A stretch of DNA of 64,000 nucleotides from Gonapodya sp. JEL0774 (GCA_027604505.1 JADIIX010000082.1:1-64000), one strand, 5' to 3'. Counted from the stretch's first letter, positions 49,734 through 64,000 are shown. Notes: a model not told the origin generated them from the sequence alone. Translations and numbers: made by a program.

Positions 49734-50299
49734 CAAGTGTCACGCTAACAGAGCGTCTTCAAACGGGGTAAGCTGTCAGTCTGGGAGGTATTCGGGTTCT
49801 TTCCGCCTGCTGTCAGCCGTGGAAACTTTCTTCGTTCTTTGCTTTTGCGGCTTCGGCGTTCTGCCTCTGCCTTAGGGACACTTTGGGATACACTGAGGGG
49901 CAAGGCCTGCTAATGAGGTACGCGCATCTAAAATTATAACTCGAAACGTTTGGCTACTGGATCCTCTAGAAACTCTAAAAGACTTCTGCGGGTATCTGTG
50001 TTTTAGTGCCTTCGCAGCTCCTTGTTTTGCTTTGCAAAGCGATTTTTGGAGGATATCAGGCGACCTTTGTCTCCCACGGAAGTCTGATCCACTTTATGCG
50101 GTTCAACCCATTTGCTTCCGCTCTTCGATTATATCCTTCAAGGAAGCGCGCTTATAAGAGTAAATATGTCTTTCTTATTGTGATACGGGGATGTTTTGAA
50201 ACTATTCGAAAAAAATTGTAGAGATCCCCGCGGGCCCCATGAGTTCACAGTCTCCGGTAAGAAAGTCGCGTCTTCCTTCCATGTTCGAGAGATCATCAC

Positions 50300-52372
50300 T
50301 CACGGCGCCTTTGGCGCCTGAACAACGACTGGTCCCAAAGAAGCACTGGAACCTCGACCTATGGTAGATGGCAAGGCGGAACCGCTCGCGGAACGGCTAC
50401 CGAGGAGCTTCTGTCTAGAGGAATCTTGGTTGGACGTCCCAGACTCGGAGCTCGATGACGCTGTATCTTTTTGTAGTGTAGGCCCAGTCCCACGTGCCTC
50501 TTCGGTCGTCGCTGTTGCTGATTCCATCTGTCCTTCTTCCACGGGTTCAAAGTTCGTGTTCTCTGGTCCTGCCATATTCCCCTTCTCAATATCACATGCC
50601 CAAAGAGCGGCGCCGACAGAGTTTGTGAGCACAAAAATTGATTGTGCCACGGGAATCATTTCCAGGAGCATACACGCGAACCCAAACTGAGAGTATTCGG
50701 CTCGTCGGTCAGGGTGATGTGTATACTTCCACGTACGTTCGAGATCAAGATGTTTGATGTCCACAAGGTAGTGAACGTGTCGCTCGGTCGCAAAATTGGA
50801 AGAATTGAGGTATGCGTACAACACGGTTCCGAGTACGGGGAGGATATTGAGAGGAACACTGATGGCGAGACCAAGAAGACTGGCAAAAATAGTTTTGGAC
50901 GAATTTTTAAGCACAGATTGCAGCGGCATATGCCGGCGGTATTGATCAATGACGAATAACGCAGTGTGGCAGAGAAAGGTGGCACGAAAAATAAAGAATA
51001 TACACAATAGCTTAAGGGTCCGTACCGTATCAAAAGTGCGAGCTTTTCTTCTCACCGAGTGATATTAAACAGGATGCTTATGGGAAAAGATGGCGTGCTG
51101 CGAGAAAGGTTGCAAGAGTAGATCGATATGATGGTGAACCAGCACTTTGATCTATCATCTACAAACAAAACGGCACCCACAATACCAGCCAGCCCCGTTT
51201 TTGCTTAACCAGATGACCATATCCTTCTAGCTTGAGCACTTTGTCGAATATCGACATCTCAAAGCCGCCGAACAGAAACATGGAACAGATAAGGAAGCCG
51301 AGAAACACCATCTACGGAAGATGGGAAGGACATGTGAATGGCAGCATGAGCCGAGTGAAGGCTTTAAAAGGCAAACAGTACGATGAACAAACATAATCCT
51401 CACCAAAAAGGTCACGATGACGGCAACAATCCACGCTGCCCAAGCTGGGCATCCGGCCGCCGCGATCGCCCGCGCCATGGGAGGCATCACGGCGGCGAAG
51501 AGCACGATCGTCCAAGCGAGGGAAAAGATGAGGGTGCAGCAAAGCGAGGAGAGGATGAGAAACCACAGGGATGGATCTGTCGTGGGAGTGTGTCAGGTGA
51601 GACGACGTGTTGAATGCAATTTTTCCGTGGCGCTACGATCGGTGAGAAGGTTCGTTGATCCGTGTCTTCCCTTTCAGTTATTCACTTTCTTCATCCATCC
51701 GGAACTTCATATTCTCTCCCCATAATCTAGGGGTTTAATCATCGCTGTCTCTCACATAAAAACGTGTACACCAGCGATGATTTGGCGCTGGCCGTGGTCG
51801 CTGAACATGGACTGAATACTCACGGGCGATCGTATATGCAAGACCCATAAGCGGATAGTGGGCAGTTTTTCCTCGCGAAAATGTTTTCTTAAAATTTCGT
51901 GCCTCTGCTGGAATAGTTTCTGGGAGCGCTTGCACCTTGGCTGTGTGGAAGTGAGGATGGATGGTGTCGAGTTAGCGGGACAATGGTTCAATGAATAGTG
52001 CGCGAGATAGGAAGGGAGATGTAAGGCTTAGTTTCCAGAATCAGCAGTGCTCAAAAAGTTTAAACCATTCTTTGAGTGATCCAAATCCGTCATCATTATG
52101 ACGCGGGAGGTGAAGACAACGACCAACAACAATCTTCTCTCTTATTCTACATCTCAGGAGCCCAAAAGTCTCATTGCTCCAAACCTTAGATTTGAGTAAG
52201 ACCAAGCGGTCCAGTCGCAAGGGATTCTTCTCTCCTTCATTCTCGCCACTAAACATGCAGCGGAACACTCACCCCACGTATCCGGAGCGTTCCACGGATT
52301 TAAGGCATCAGTAACGAGTCCCTGCGGATAATTAACGACACTTTCACCCGGAGCGAAGTAACGTTCCGCCAT
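50300..52372 (-). CDS. EI24/Rrt8-Lds-like multi-pass membrane protein, multi-exon
   Basis: HYPLMGLAY, several hydrophobic segments, VPLNILPVLGTVLYAYLN, HVHYL..K, YSQFGFACMLLEMIP...TNSVGAALWACDIE. Confidence 0.78.
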
Positions 52373-53117
52373 CGGCAACAGGAAGTCTGAAATTGGTTAT
52401 GGTGAAACTCCGAGCTTAGTTGGATGGCTTCCTGTACAGTTTTCACCTAACAATCAAACCCATCAAAAAAAATGCTATTCAATATTCTGGTATTCTCAGT
52501 ACAAAGACAGTTCTTCACATTTACTGCAGCGCGTGGTCAGAAGTACCGCGAACGTAATCATTTTCTCATCCCCCAACCCAGTCCATTGGTAGTCTGGACG
52601 TTACAGGAACTATCACCGTTTGCAATTCAATTCTGGGAGTGCCGCATTCATCAATCCTTTTGTGGATGTGTCAGGGAGCTCCGCCACCCCTGCTTGGTCT
52701 TTGAGTATGCAAAACGGTTCAACCAACTTCGCCAAACAGGAAAATCCAGGAAAAATTTCAACAGTAGAACGGCATAAACAGAATTGGATGAGTAAGGGAT
52801 AGAGGACGAGCAATCGAGGAACAGGAGCTGGTGGCCCTCGGGCATTCACGGGATACAACACGGATATTCTTGCGCTTAAGATGTGAGTGTTGGAACTTAA
52901 AACAGCAGCGGGATTTGAACTGGAAACATCTTATCCGCCTTGACGTTGCAGTCCATTGGGTGTTGTTGTTTCGTCAGCTCCTCGTGGCTGTTGAGATTGG
53001 TGAAGACGGGAGATCCTTGAGTTCCTTGTTCGATTTTCACTCGGCAACACTCAAAAAGAACTCGAGTATCGTCAAATCTTCTCTCATTTCTCTGTTGGGT
53101 GAATCCCATTCGAAGTG

Positions 53118-56100
53118 ATGTCTCCTGTACCCACCGCTGGCGAGTCTGACTCCCGGACACTGTCTAGTGATTCCTCGACCAACACGAGGCCATTCAGACA
53201 CCCAAACCCTCACTTGCTCCGCGGTGGAAAGGAATTCAGTAGCTCTACTGGAAGCAAAGGCGCCACTGCAGCAGTGGCAGCAGAAACGGACCCGCTCACT
53301 ACTCTCCCCCCTACACCTCTTTTGCCTTCGCAATCGGAAACTCCACCTTCTCAATCACTAGACACATCTGAGTTTGCCGACTTCACATCATTTGTTTCTT
53401 ACACCGCCGCAAGCACTTCGCAAGTGGTGAATCCCCTGTCGCTCCCCAACCCATGGGAGTCGACTCCGTCATCTCGTAACGCTTCCTTTGAAGTGCCCAC
53501 AGCAGCTGTCTGGCCTGCCGTAACTAGTGTTGCTGGTGGAATAGGTGTCCACGGGGCAAAGGTGGAACTTAACGGTGTCACTGTCCCATTGGAATTCGCC
53601 CCAACAAACCCCTCGTCCGGCTTCTCGATTACAACATGGCCTGATATCAGTGGATTAGAAAACAGTGCGAGTACCTCGAATGCCGCCCAACTGAGTCTCG
53701 CTTCGGTCCTGCCGTTGCCCACACACCCACCTGGACCCCACACCCCATCATTGTCAACCCTAACGTCCTCGTCTTCGCTCCCCTTGCCCCTCGCTGGCCA
53801 TACTGCAAAAGACGGTCCTCAATCTCTCCTCACCTCGCCTCCCACCTTCTACATTCCCCCACGGCATTCCTCCCGTCGCAGTACCACAAGACCGGTCCCA
53901 ACAATCCCCCTTCCCCAACTTCCTCCCGACATACTCCTCCTCATCCTTTCGCACCTCCCACCACTCGCCTCTGCACGTCTTGCGCATTGTTCCAGAATCC
54001 TCTATGCGACCATCGCCACCGACGACGTGTTCTGGCGTGGAGTCTGCAGGAAGGTAAGGGGGGTGGGATCTGCCTTGGACCCATGGGAAGCAGGAAACGG
54101 TGGAAGCAGTGCGACCGACCCATGGTCTCCAATCTCCCGTCGCGCGAATTCTCTCTCGTTCGCAATGTCTCCGACATCAGTGTCCTCGGCTGCGCTCTCG
54201 TGGCAATCTCCCACTTCCAACACGGGCGCCTTGACCTCAATCTTCCCCGATCCCCCTCAGACTCCGCTCAATCCCTCCTACTTCCTCCTGTTGCTCCTGC
54301 GTATTCTCCTCCCCCATCCTCATCTTGGTCTTCACCTGTCTGATCGTCCAGTCACGGGTGACCTCGTGCTCGTCCGCCTGGTCATCACCCCAACCAATCC
54401 TTCTCTCCCACTTCCCACAGTCGCTAAACCCCGCGCACCAACGATCTGGGACGTACCGAGTATCGAATGTGTCAAAGTTGTGGTGGGGAACGGAGTGAAG
54501 GTACCTGTCGTGCAGGCCGGGCAGGTCATCTGTGGTGCAGATGGGCTCCCAATATTTGCCAGTCCCGGTGGTTTACTTTCCGACATGGGTACGGACGCGC
54601 TGGCGAATCCCTTTGCCGTAGGGATCACACCACAAGCAGGGCTGCTCCAGGCGGCCGCTTCTCCTGACAGCACAAGTAACCCCGCGCAAACACCCCCAGT
54701 CCCAGCTCTGCCGCCGCGCCACGTCCGCCCTGTGACCCTCAACCTCCTCCATCCGATAGTACGTTACGAGCCGCTATGGAGCATTAAATGGATTCCGGCC
54801 GGTGGTGTTGTCGCACTTCAGGACACCCCGTTACCCACCGCTCCGCCCCCGACCGAGGCGGCGGCAACCCAAATTAACTCGCCAGCCACCCCCACAGACG
54901 AACCGAGCCGAACTGCAGCCGATGTCCAACTCTGGTCTACTCGCAACAACGACGCAGGGAGACCTGATCCTTTATTGGGCGCGGTCACCACGTCCGGCCC
55001 ATTCAGCGTGTCTACTTCTTCACCTTATCAACCCCCGCGAGCCCTGTTTTCTGCACACGATGGGTCAGTGCGCATTTTGTGCAGACGACCTGCATGTCGT
55101 GTTCGGGCTGAGTCCGCAGTTGCAAGTATGCGGGCTGGAACTGCTGTCGCACAAGCCGAGGACTTATTGGGGGGCAACGTGCCCGATGGTCTTGGTGCAG
55201 CGTTGGTTGGTGGTGGAGCGAGTGGGCCAGGTTCTTTGAGGCGGACGGGAACGGGAGCTGGTGCAGATGCACAGCTATCGATCGATGCAGGACTGTGCGC
55301 GGAGATTGATGGATTTGCTGATTTGTTTGCGAGTGCGACTATGAGGAGAGGGGCTGGTACGTAAAATTTCGGGAGGCACCCAAAAAAATCACCCGACTGA
55401 TCACGCATCCATCCTAATTCTCCACCAGCTATCGATCTCTATAACCGTAACTATTGCGCCTCGACTCGCCATTTTGCGATACGATGCCCCCAGGGCTGCC
55501 ACGAGTACTCTGTCGACATTGCACCTCCACCTGTGCCAGTTGCTGTACCCGCCCCCGTGAGCGAGGATGGGAGCGAGGATGACGATGATAGTGAGGAGGA
55601 CGACGATGATGATGAGGATGAGGATGACGAGAGTGGGGATGGAGCAGGGCTGGAGCGGAGGGAGAGTAGGAACCAAAGGCCGGTGGATGGTGTGGAAGGT
55701 GGACGTGGGTTGTTCAGATGGTTTAGGCGAGGTCAAGGAAGCTCAGCGGCTCCTGATGCTGGAGGACAGACACAAGCACAGTCTCAGGTCACTTCGCCTC
55801 CAGCGGCACCCGCGCTCCCAATGGATGAGGTCCATCTCGCGCGGGAACGGCGATTCGGCGCACTAGGGACCTCCAATCCCACTCCGTCGACCCCGTCAAG
55901 TGGGAGGTCGACACCTTCCACCGCACCTTCCGCGCCCCCCGCGATCGCCATCTCCGGTTCGTTCACCCATGAGCCCCAGGTAGATGATGTCGATTATGGC
56001 ACCTCGAGGGATCCGAGGTTGCCAATGCACATCAGAGAGAAGTTGAGGGCTGAGGAGAGGGACAAGGAGAGGAAGAGAGGTTCGGAGACAAGTTCAGGGT

Positions 56101-58326
56101 GGGGGTGGTTCGGGAAGAAGAAGGGTAGTAAGGAAGGGGGGAAGACAAAGAGTCCCGTAGCGGTTTCAGCTGATGCCGTTCCCACTCAAGAAGCCCCGCA
56201 ATCGGCACCACCTGTACCGGAAGCGCCTGCCCCAAAACTGACGGGTGGATACCGACTCGGTCAGACACCTTCGGATCCGCAAGGAGTCGATCGGGCTTTC
56301 GCAGCACGTATGCGTGGTGAGAGGAGGGTTCAAAGGGATCAAAGGAGGGAGCTGGATGAACAGCTGGTGAACAGTGGCGGCGTGACACAGGCTGCCAAAA
56401 GTGAACGTCGGGGGTGGTGGTGGAGCAGAGGGAAGACTCAGGTTGATGGCGACGATAGTGAGCGGAATGGAGCAAGATGGAAAGGGAAAGGGAAGGCCGA
56501 TACTGATGAAGAAAGTCAAGAGGACGAAAGTTCTGACGAAGTGGAAGACGAAGAGGATGATGATCAACTTGATTTCACACCCACCACGTCACATGATGAG
56601 GATTGGGTATGGGGTGATGCCAACATGGCCGACCAGGCGGCTGTACTGTCAGGCCGGTCCATCTCCTCCTCGTCGAGTGCCCCACCCCCCTTACTTGCCG
56701 TCAAATCAGTTACGTTGGAACCCACGTTATCAACTGCTCCACCACCTGCCGCCGTCATCACTGCGCCAGTTAAAATTGCTCCCTCATCAGGTTCCGCTGT
56801 TCGGAACACATCAATGGAGAACGTGGTTATTCCGATGCTGCCCCCGCCTCCAAAACCATCGTCATCCATTCAAACCCCAGTTCCCAAAGAGAGAATCACA
56901 GCAAGTCCTGCTAAAGACGGGATTCCTGCTCTCTCTTGGTCGCGACCATCGGAGCCCAAACCAGCAATTGCCATCAAAACAGCGTCTTCTTCCGACGAAG
57001 ACAAGAACAGGGCCGAATTGCGCAAATCTGCTGCTGCTGCTGCGGCGGCCCGAATCTCCAAACAACAACCGGTAGTGGGTCCCGAGAACCCTAAACCTCA
57101 TGCTCCAGGTGCTGAGAATGCTGTGAAGTTGAATCCAGCGGTCTCGATGGCCCCGCAAACGTCCACATTTGCCACCTTTCCACCACCCTCTGGTTTGTCA
57201 CCAGATGCACAACTTCCTTTGACCTCAAGCGCACCTGCAGTGCCGCGAGTGCCCGCACTCCCCGCGACTTCAACATCGATTCCCTACGCTCCACCCGCCA
57301 ATGTATCCACACCAACATCGGTGTGGCAACCTCCTGCATCAGCCCTCATTCCCACAGCGCTTCCTAATGCGGCTCGCCCACCAGCACATCCACAAACAGA
57401 CGCTCGCCCCGCTCCAACAACTTCTTCCACCTCGAGCGGCTCCAGCCTCCTGATCGACGTTGAAGGCGACGGATCGAACTCAACTTCCTCTCCCGAGTCG
57501 AAATCCACCGTGATCGCATTCCCCCCTCGGTTCTTCCGTCTCCGCGTTCCTGCGGACGCACCGCCGCCGCCCATCGCCCGCCGCTTCGCCCGCCTGCGAG
57601 CGAACGCGATGCAGACCGAACCGTACCCCCGGGATCCGCCCCCACCAGGCCCGGACTCGGCACATTGGCACCCGTGTTTGCTTTCGGGGGTGTGGGTGTC
57701 CACGTACCGTAGGAGAGAGCCGGCGTTCTTGTACGTTCGGGCGGTGGAATCTGGAAGGGAGATTTGGGCGTTCAAACTCACGGGCAACCTGAATGTGCCT
57801 CGGGGGAAACTTAGTTGGAGAGCATTTGTGGACGATGACGGTGCGCCATCTTTGAGTCAGGATGGGGAGGGCGATGAAGAGGACGCAGAAACGCCATGGG
57901 GATTGACAAGGGGCGCTCCGATAAACCGTGTCGTGGGCACTCCGGGAAGCAGTCTTGGAGTGGCGTGGATCAATGTGCCGGGGGTTGTGAGGAGGTACAT
58001 GGTGAGTACGAGAGTTGAGGGACTGAGGTATACCTTCGCGTTTTGGGTCTCAGAACGTGTGCTACATATCTCAACTCTAGTGCAAGAAGCAGTTCGCTCA
58101 TCCGGGGTACAAAGAGGCTCACTTCTCAGACGGTGAACGTGAGTTACAATTTTATGAACCTCAATTTCAGGTTACCGTCGCCACAATCATTCTGAAACCT
58201 TTTCCGTGGACCATTTTCTTTCTTTTATTCATTCCCACAGTTCTCGTGATATCAAACAACGAGCTTTGCGTCTATTCGTACAAACACCACCATATCACTC
58301 GGTATATGCGAATGCCGGAGACGTGA
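53118..58326 (+). CDS. Very large F-box protein with FBXO31-like (cyclin D1-binding-type) C-terminal domain
   Basis: LPQLPPDILLLILSHLPPLASARLAHCSRILY...DDVFWRGVC; C-terminal LLSGVWVSTY, IWAFKLTGNLNVPRGKLSW, QFAHPGY, VLVISNNELCVY..HHITRYMR*. Acidic tract at ~55560-55640. Confidence 0.72.
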
Positions 58327-58887
58327 ATATCTATATCGATTCGGAGGAAGTGCATCCGAACCAACTGAGAACACTACACATTCGGATATTGTTATGTACT
58401 GGGACAGTACCAGAACAAGTTGTAGAATGCAATTGTTTGCCCAGACAGGGCCGCATATGTCTTTTTCCCCACCGACGGTCATCACCACAATTGCCGATCT
58501 TCAACGACCAATATTTATCTTTCCGTTGTTGCATTTGTTGCGGATCGACACGAGTTCTCCACATACAAATGAAAGATATTACGTGTATATCTATTATATG
58601 TACCGTATATATATGTTCACAGCGCATTCCTTTTTTTTGGGGTTGGGTGCGAACCCGTAGGACCCCGTACTCCGGCGAGAGCAAAAGGATCAGGAACCGT
58701 TCAAAGGCCCAAATCTTTTTTCACCCTGGCATTTTGAAATCCAGAAATTCACTGGCAACTTGATCCAGAAACAGTAGCAGGACATTCGAAACACCGCAGA
58801 TTTCAGTCCAGTCTCTGGGATTCATCGCCACGTCGTGGATAGAACTTCCCTTTGCCGCCATACCTAGATAACTGTCTCAGGCGACTA

Positions 58888-61127
58888 ATGTCTCCGCTGA
58901 CTCGTTCCGTCTTCCTTCTCCTTGTCGCTGCTGGTGAGAATGGCTACCTTCAAACACAGTGATTGGGAGGGGGGCTCGCTCTGATTGCTGGTTGCTCAAT
59001 ATCGGGAACTCCACGTGCCCCTCCTTAAAAATTCCTACGTCACATCAGGCGCCGTGATGAGTTTTACCGTACCTTCGAGCAGTATTCCAATGCTGGAGAC
59101 AGATGTGGAAATTGCTCGCTTGGCTGGTGAGTGGTTTCACATTGTAGGAAGTCTGTTCTCGATACCAACGGTGCTGGACTGATGTTTTCGTGTCAGGGGT
59201 GACTGAGGAGAACTTCTACCGAAGGCTGGCACGACGCGATGACTGCCCCAGCGGCTCTGGCGTGAAGGCGACTACTGTTGGGACCAACCTCACTTGCACG
59301 AACCCTTCTCTTCCTACTTTGTGCGGCAGTGCATGTGGGCCGGCCAACATCGTCTGCTGCAATGATTTAGGCTCATATTGCGCAGCTGGGTAATTATGGA
59401 TGTTGTGGCTCTCTCACTGCTTGGATTGTTTTCGAACTCGACCTCTCGGTCAACGATTATAGACAAAAGTGTGTCAACAATGGTGCCTCGTGTGCCGCGA
59501 ATTGCAACACGGGATTGACAGCATGTGGAGGAGGATGCATCGATCCAACTCTTTCTCAGTGCTGCGCAGTTCGGGCCGATGGGGCCGGATTGGTCTGCCC
59601 TCTGGGGTGGGTATTCTTGCGGCACCTTGCGCGTTGTGATTGAACTCGTACTCAAAGTCCATCGCCCTAGACGAGCTTGTATTCTCTCCAATGAAACCTG
59701 TGGAGCTCCGAGAAGCGGTCGTCGCTCAACAATCGAAGAATTTAACTGGCCTCCCAAAAACCTTCGCAAGATCGTTCCCCGTGACACGACGTGTAGCAAT
59801 CTCAGCGGTGCAGGTACCGGAGCGAACGTTGGCGCCATTGCTGGTGGAGTGGCAGGTGGTGCCATTGCGTTGGGGCTCGTTGTTGGTCTCGTCTTTATTT
59901 TCGTTATTCGGGATCGCCGGAAGAAAAAGGAACAGTGAGTAACTGTGATCTTATCCTGGAACCTTGATTAAACAAATCTTGAACCTGGATACGACTGTGC
60001 CAGACCCAAGCACCCGAATCCAGCCATTGCTGCACCACTCCTCACCACTGCGAACAAGGACCTCCCCAACTCCCCGCCAACCTCGGGCACTCTCAACTCT
60101 GTCGCTGCGACTCAACCCCAGTCCACATCGCCCCAGCCATCTGCTTCACCTGCCAATGGAAGCGTCAACACCAACTCTGGCTTCTCGGCGCCTCCGATAA
60201 TCTTCCACGGACCTGTGATTGTCCAGACGACCCCAGACGGTACACAGCATGTCACACCTGCGGGAGGACCCGTCCAGCACCCTGTGGGTACGGATGCCAT
60301 GGGCTCGCCTGTATACATGGCCGTCCCTGGTTCGATGATGACGGTGGGACAAGCCGGAATGATATCTCAGCAGAACTTGAACGGGGGTTACCCTCTCGAG
60401 TACAAAGACGCGCTCAACTCTTTCTACGCGGGACCGTCCTCGGTGCCGTTGTCCCCGATCACGACAGACAGTGGCACCATGTACACCACGAGCTCTGCCT
60501 CTCTCATGGCTGGTGCGTATGGTGTGCCACCACAATCCGGCTCAGTGTCTTCGGGCTCTGTAGGTAGTGGGGAAATGGAGGTTAATAAGAGGATGGTGGC
60601 TGCGAATGGTTACAGTGAGTGCTTGTTCTGTTCCCTGGTTTCCTGAGTAACGATTGACAAGAGTGCTCATGCTGCTTCACTTTTCTTTTCGTTTTGTTTC
60701 TCTTTCTTAGATCCCAGTCAACCCGATGAAATGGCCGTTTCTGCCGGTGATATCATCTTGGTTAAGTGGATGTTTGCTGACGGTTGGATGTCTGGTGTCA
60801 ATGAAAGCAAGGGCACTGGAGGGTAGGTTTACCTTGCACATTTGCACTGTCAACAAGTCGTTTCAACTCTGTTCCTTTCATTTTAATTTTCTATTATCAA
60901 GATTCTTCCCAGCCACGGTTCTCAGCGACCTTGCCTCGGTTCTAGGTCCAACAGACCTCTCAACGTCTATTTACTCTAATCCAGGACTCCGGACGGCATC
61001 CTTCCGGGCACCAATGTCAACAGCCTTCGGGTCTTATGACAGCTCTATGTTAGCACCAGGGGCTAACATGACCTCCTTCATGATGCCGTCGTCGGCGGGG
61101 TCCTTGCAGACCACGGAGCAGAAATGA
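58888..61127 (+). CDS. Secreted-type single-pass membrane protein with Cys-rich ectodomain and cytoplasmic SH3 domain
   Basis: Signal-like MSPLTRSVFLLLVAA; Cys-rich exons; TM IAGGVAGGAIALGLVVGLVFIFVI then RDRRKKK; SH3 MVAANGY|.PSQPDEMAVSAGDIILVKWMFADGWMSGVN..GTEG|FFPATVL. Confidence 0.82.
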
Positions 61128-61877
61128 AGCCGGAGAATGGCGTTTTCTTTTCTTTTTTGGCAGGAAGGGCAGGAAGTGGATTGGATTGGTGTGTCAAATG
61201 CTTCATGTGTTATTGCTTTGTAATTATCGCGTATGAGCTTATTGGACAAGGGTACAACTATGGCAAATATATAGGACACTACTTCTGCCATTTTTCGGGC
61301 ATCAACTTGAGATTTCACATCTTCGACCATTTTGATGCGTTTCAACCTTGTCCAATAACACTACGTTGTTTGGGAAAAACCTTTCCTTTGCCCTGATATG
61401 TTATGCACCGCTTTTACAGTCATGGCTCAAAGTTCAGGGGGTTTGGGAAGTTTGGGATCGTGGTGCTGTGCCCTGCGCGTAGATTACATATACATGAACG
61501 TCGGTTGGCGCAACTGAGATCAATGATAGAACAAATGCGGCAGGCTGGAAGACGATCTAATACGAATACATTCTCTTGTCGGAATACGATCGTCGTTTCC
61601 ATACGATCGCACACAGAAAGACGAGCAAAGCAATCTCCAATGTAGTGATTCAACTTTTGGTATTACACGTCTTCCACTTGTAGAACTTGAGCACGTGGCT
61701 ATGCAGTATCATCTAAGGCAGTAATTTCCTGTATTCCTTCCCCATGCACGACTTCCCTTCCCACCCGACTAACCATCCACACAGTCCATTAGCACCACAC
61801 AACACTTTTGACATAAAATGCCCAGATCAGGAAAATACTTCATGTCACAAATCATACAAAAAAAAACTCACCCTGAT

Positions 61878-63790
61878 TTACTCGCCACCGGCTTTCCATA
61901 CCTTCCTCTCCGCGTTTCCATTGGCCTGCCCTTGCACGGTTGGAGCTGTTTTGACCCGACGTACAATAGCCACGTTAGCCTGGCCTTGAGCCTTGCCTCC
62001 AAACGCAAGGAGAACATTCTCTTCGTTGGGGCGAGCGCGATGGAGACGGACACGGGCGGTAACGACCTCCTTGGCGAAGTTGAACCTGCGAGGAGAGACA
62101 AGAAGACAGTGGCCAGTCGCAGAAAACCGGATCCGATGGTGAGTCAGAGATGTGGTCGCATCATTTTGGCCCACGATCGCCCACCTGTCCATGTCCAAGG
62201 GACAATCAAATGCCCTACTCTCCACAATCCTTTTCAACCAGTCAAATGGCAGCTCCGCAAACACGCCGACAAGCTCCCGATACGCTTCGCCCTGAGTACC
62301 CTCTTCCCACACCCCAAGCGAAGATCCAACTCTCTCCTTGGCCTCTTTAGCAGCATCCCTGCACAGATACTGAGTCACGGAATCGCGTAATTCACGGGCC
62401 CAAGGACCATATCCCCTCGCCGCGTCACTCGTCACGAATGCACAGTAGTCCGTGACACTGTCGCGGTGGATATCGGATTTGCAGAGCTCAGCGGCATGGG
62501 AGGCGAGGTCAGGGAGATGGAGGAGGCATGCAGATGCGAGGGCGGATCGGAGGAGGGCGGAGCGCCGGCGGGTGTCGGGGTGAGGAGCGGCGAGGAGTGG
62601 GAGGGAGTAGGAGCCGTAAAGGTGAGCAAGTGCAAGGTGGAGGCCTTCTTGGGTGATGTGGGGATCCACCACTTGGGCTACAATGTCGAGTGGCGCCGGT
62701 TCATACCTTTCGTCGAGGAATTGGTGAGACGGTGGTCCAGTTCAAGCGTCCGCGTCAAAGAAGAGTCTTGCAACCTCTTCAATTGACGCAAGTCCACTCA
62801 CTGGTTCTGACTCAGCACCTGGGCAATGTACGGGCTCTGGGCAACCACTATCCTGTGAAGGCGGAATGCCGTATCTTGCGACACCTGGGGACCCTGAAAG
62901 CGGAGGACAAGATCGGAAAAATGACCTGAAGGGTGATACCAGGGTTATCATCGATGGAGGGACAGGTGGCAATTGAGTATTGTTAGAGTTTAGAAAGCAT
63001 ATCAAAGCGTTGAAACTCTGGGATCTCAACGTGTTAGCTCAGCCTTCCTATGACCCTGACTCCCCACGCACTTCGTCCACTGATTGATCCCCCTCCCGAT
63101 GAATGCTAGATGTTTCTGTTCCCGATCTCTCGCCATCGCTACTCTCGCCATTTCCCTTCAACGGTGAACTTCTTTACTCACCACCCACAAAACCGACATT
63201 ATAAAGATGATGGCAAATCAACTCGTGGTGCGTCGGTTGTATTGGCGGCATCTGGTGCATACCCTGTCCACCTGGGGAGGAAGGCGAAGCAGACGGTGGC
63301 CGAATAACCATCCCACCGTGGGCGGCGAGAGGGGGTGGCATAGAAGTGTGGTCCGGATTAGGAAGGAGGGCAGGTGAAGAAGCGGCTTTGGACGTACGGC
63401 AGGTTAAATCGGGGTTAGTATCCCAAAAGAGAAACTGAAAGATTCAAAGCTATACTGGGATAGTGTCATGCTGCGAACGAAGTCACTGGATGTTCGCGTT
63501 CGATCAAACCGCTCCAGAAAACCCATTCCCCTCATCGAGACGATACTCCCAAGATAAGTTCCTTGACATTTGATGACCATCCACAAACCCATTCTCCTCA
63601 TCATGAAGTTATACAACTTCCTGCAAGTCATCCCAGCAGACTCACCGGCTTGGTCCCCAAAGCTGACTCCCCCGTTAATACCCAGTCCTGCGAACTTGTG
63701 GGCAAGGGCGCTCGGATGCTGTATGTGCTGTGCTCCGTTCTGAGTAGCGATTCCGTTTGGGTGGGCGGTTTCAGATTGGAACGACATCAT
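61878..63790 (-). CDS. BTB/POZ-domain protein (germ-cell-less-like fungal family), multi-exon
   Basis: FRLHRIVVAQSPYIAQVL, VDPHITQEGLHLALAHLY, LRSALASACLLHL, YGPWARELRDSV..YL, ELPFDWLKRIVES, EENVLLAFGG. Confidence 0.78.
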
Positions 63791-64000
63791 TGGTGACTTT
63801 CAGAGTGTGACAAGAAAGGGGGAATCGGGGACAGAGATATGGAAGATGAACGGAAACACCGCTAAAGGTCACGGTAGAGTCAGTCACAGGAGAAGGAGCG
63901 TTGAAAATTTGGAAATCCAAATAGATTGAAGGTTCCGCTTCCCATGACGCCCGATTTCGTCCCCCAGTCCCGCAGAGAGATTCGACGCCAAAGAGGGGAA

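Overview
Eukaryotic, gene-dense, intron-rich DNA (~53% GC by eye; GT-AG introns mostly 50-130 nt, GTRAGT donors, CTAAC/CTGAC-like branch sites). The gene content (LANCL, ABCD4-like, FBXO31-like, ankyrin-TKL kinase, SH3 membrane protein, HAL/NPR-type kinase, Rrt8/EI24) suggests an early-diverging zoosporic fungus (chytrid/monoblepharid-like); this is inference. About 22 protein-coding loci were found, most spliced, so the supplied ORFs are exon fragments and the spans given are whole-gene estimates from manually chosen splice sites. There is one tRNA-Asn(GUU). No CRISPR array, rRNA or clear transposon was seen. The most interesting region is the ~6 kb gap without a recognisable gene at 17.5-23.4 kb. 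It may hold a minus-strand transcript with a ~3.8 kb intron whose last exon encodes a 21-aa micropeptide (MGLLVGLSTLTRILTARGWHA). The proposed intron contains a degenerate ~185-bp-period array of GTGG-N22-26-CCACAAAA inverted repeats with apparent compensatory changes. Other highlights are a tRNA gene nested antisense in an intron of the tRNA methyltransferase TRM44, an MLKL-like-NTD + LRR protein with no NOD domain, an orphan ABCC exon, and an intronless bacterial-type MDR oxidoreductase.
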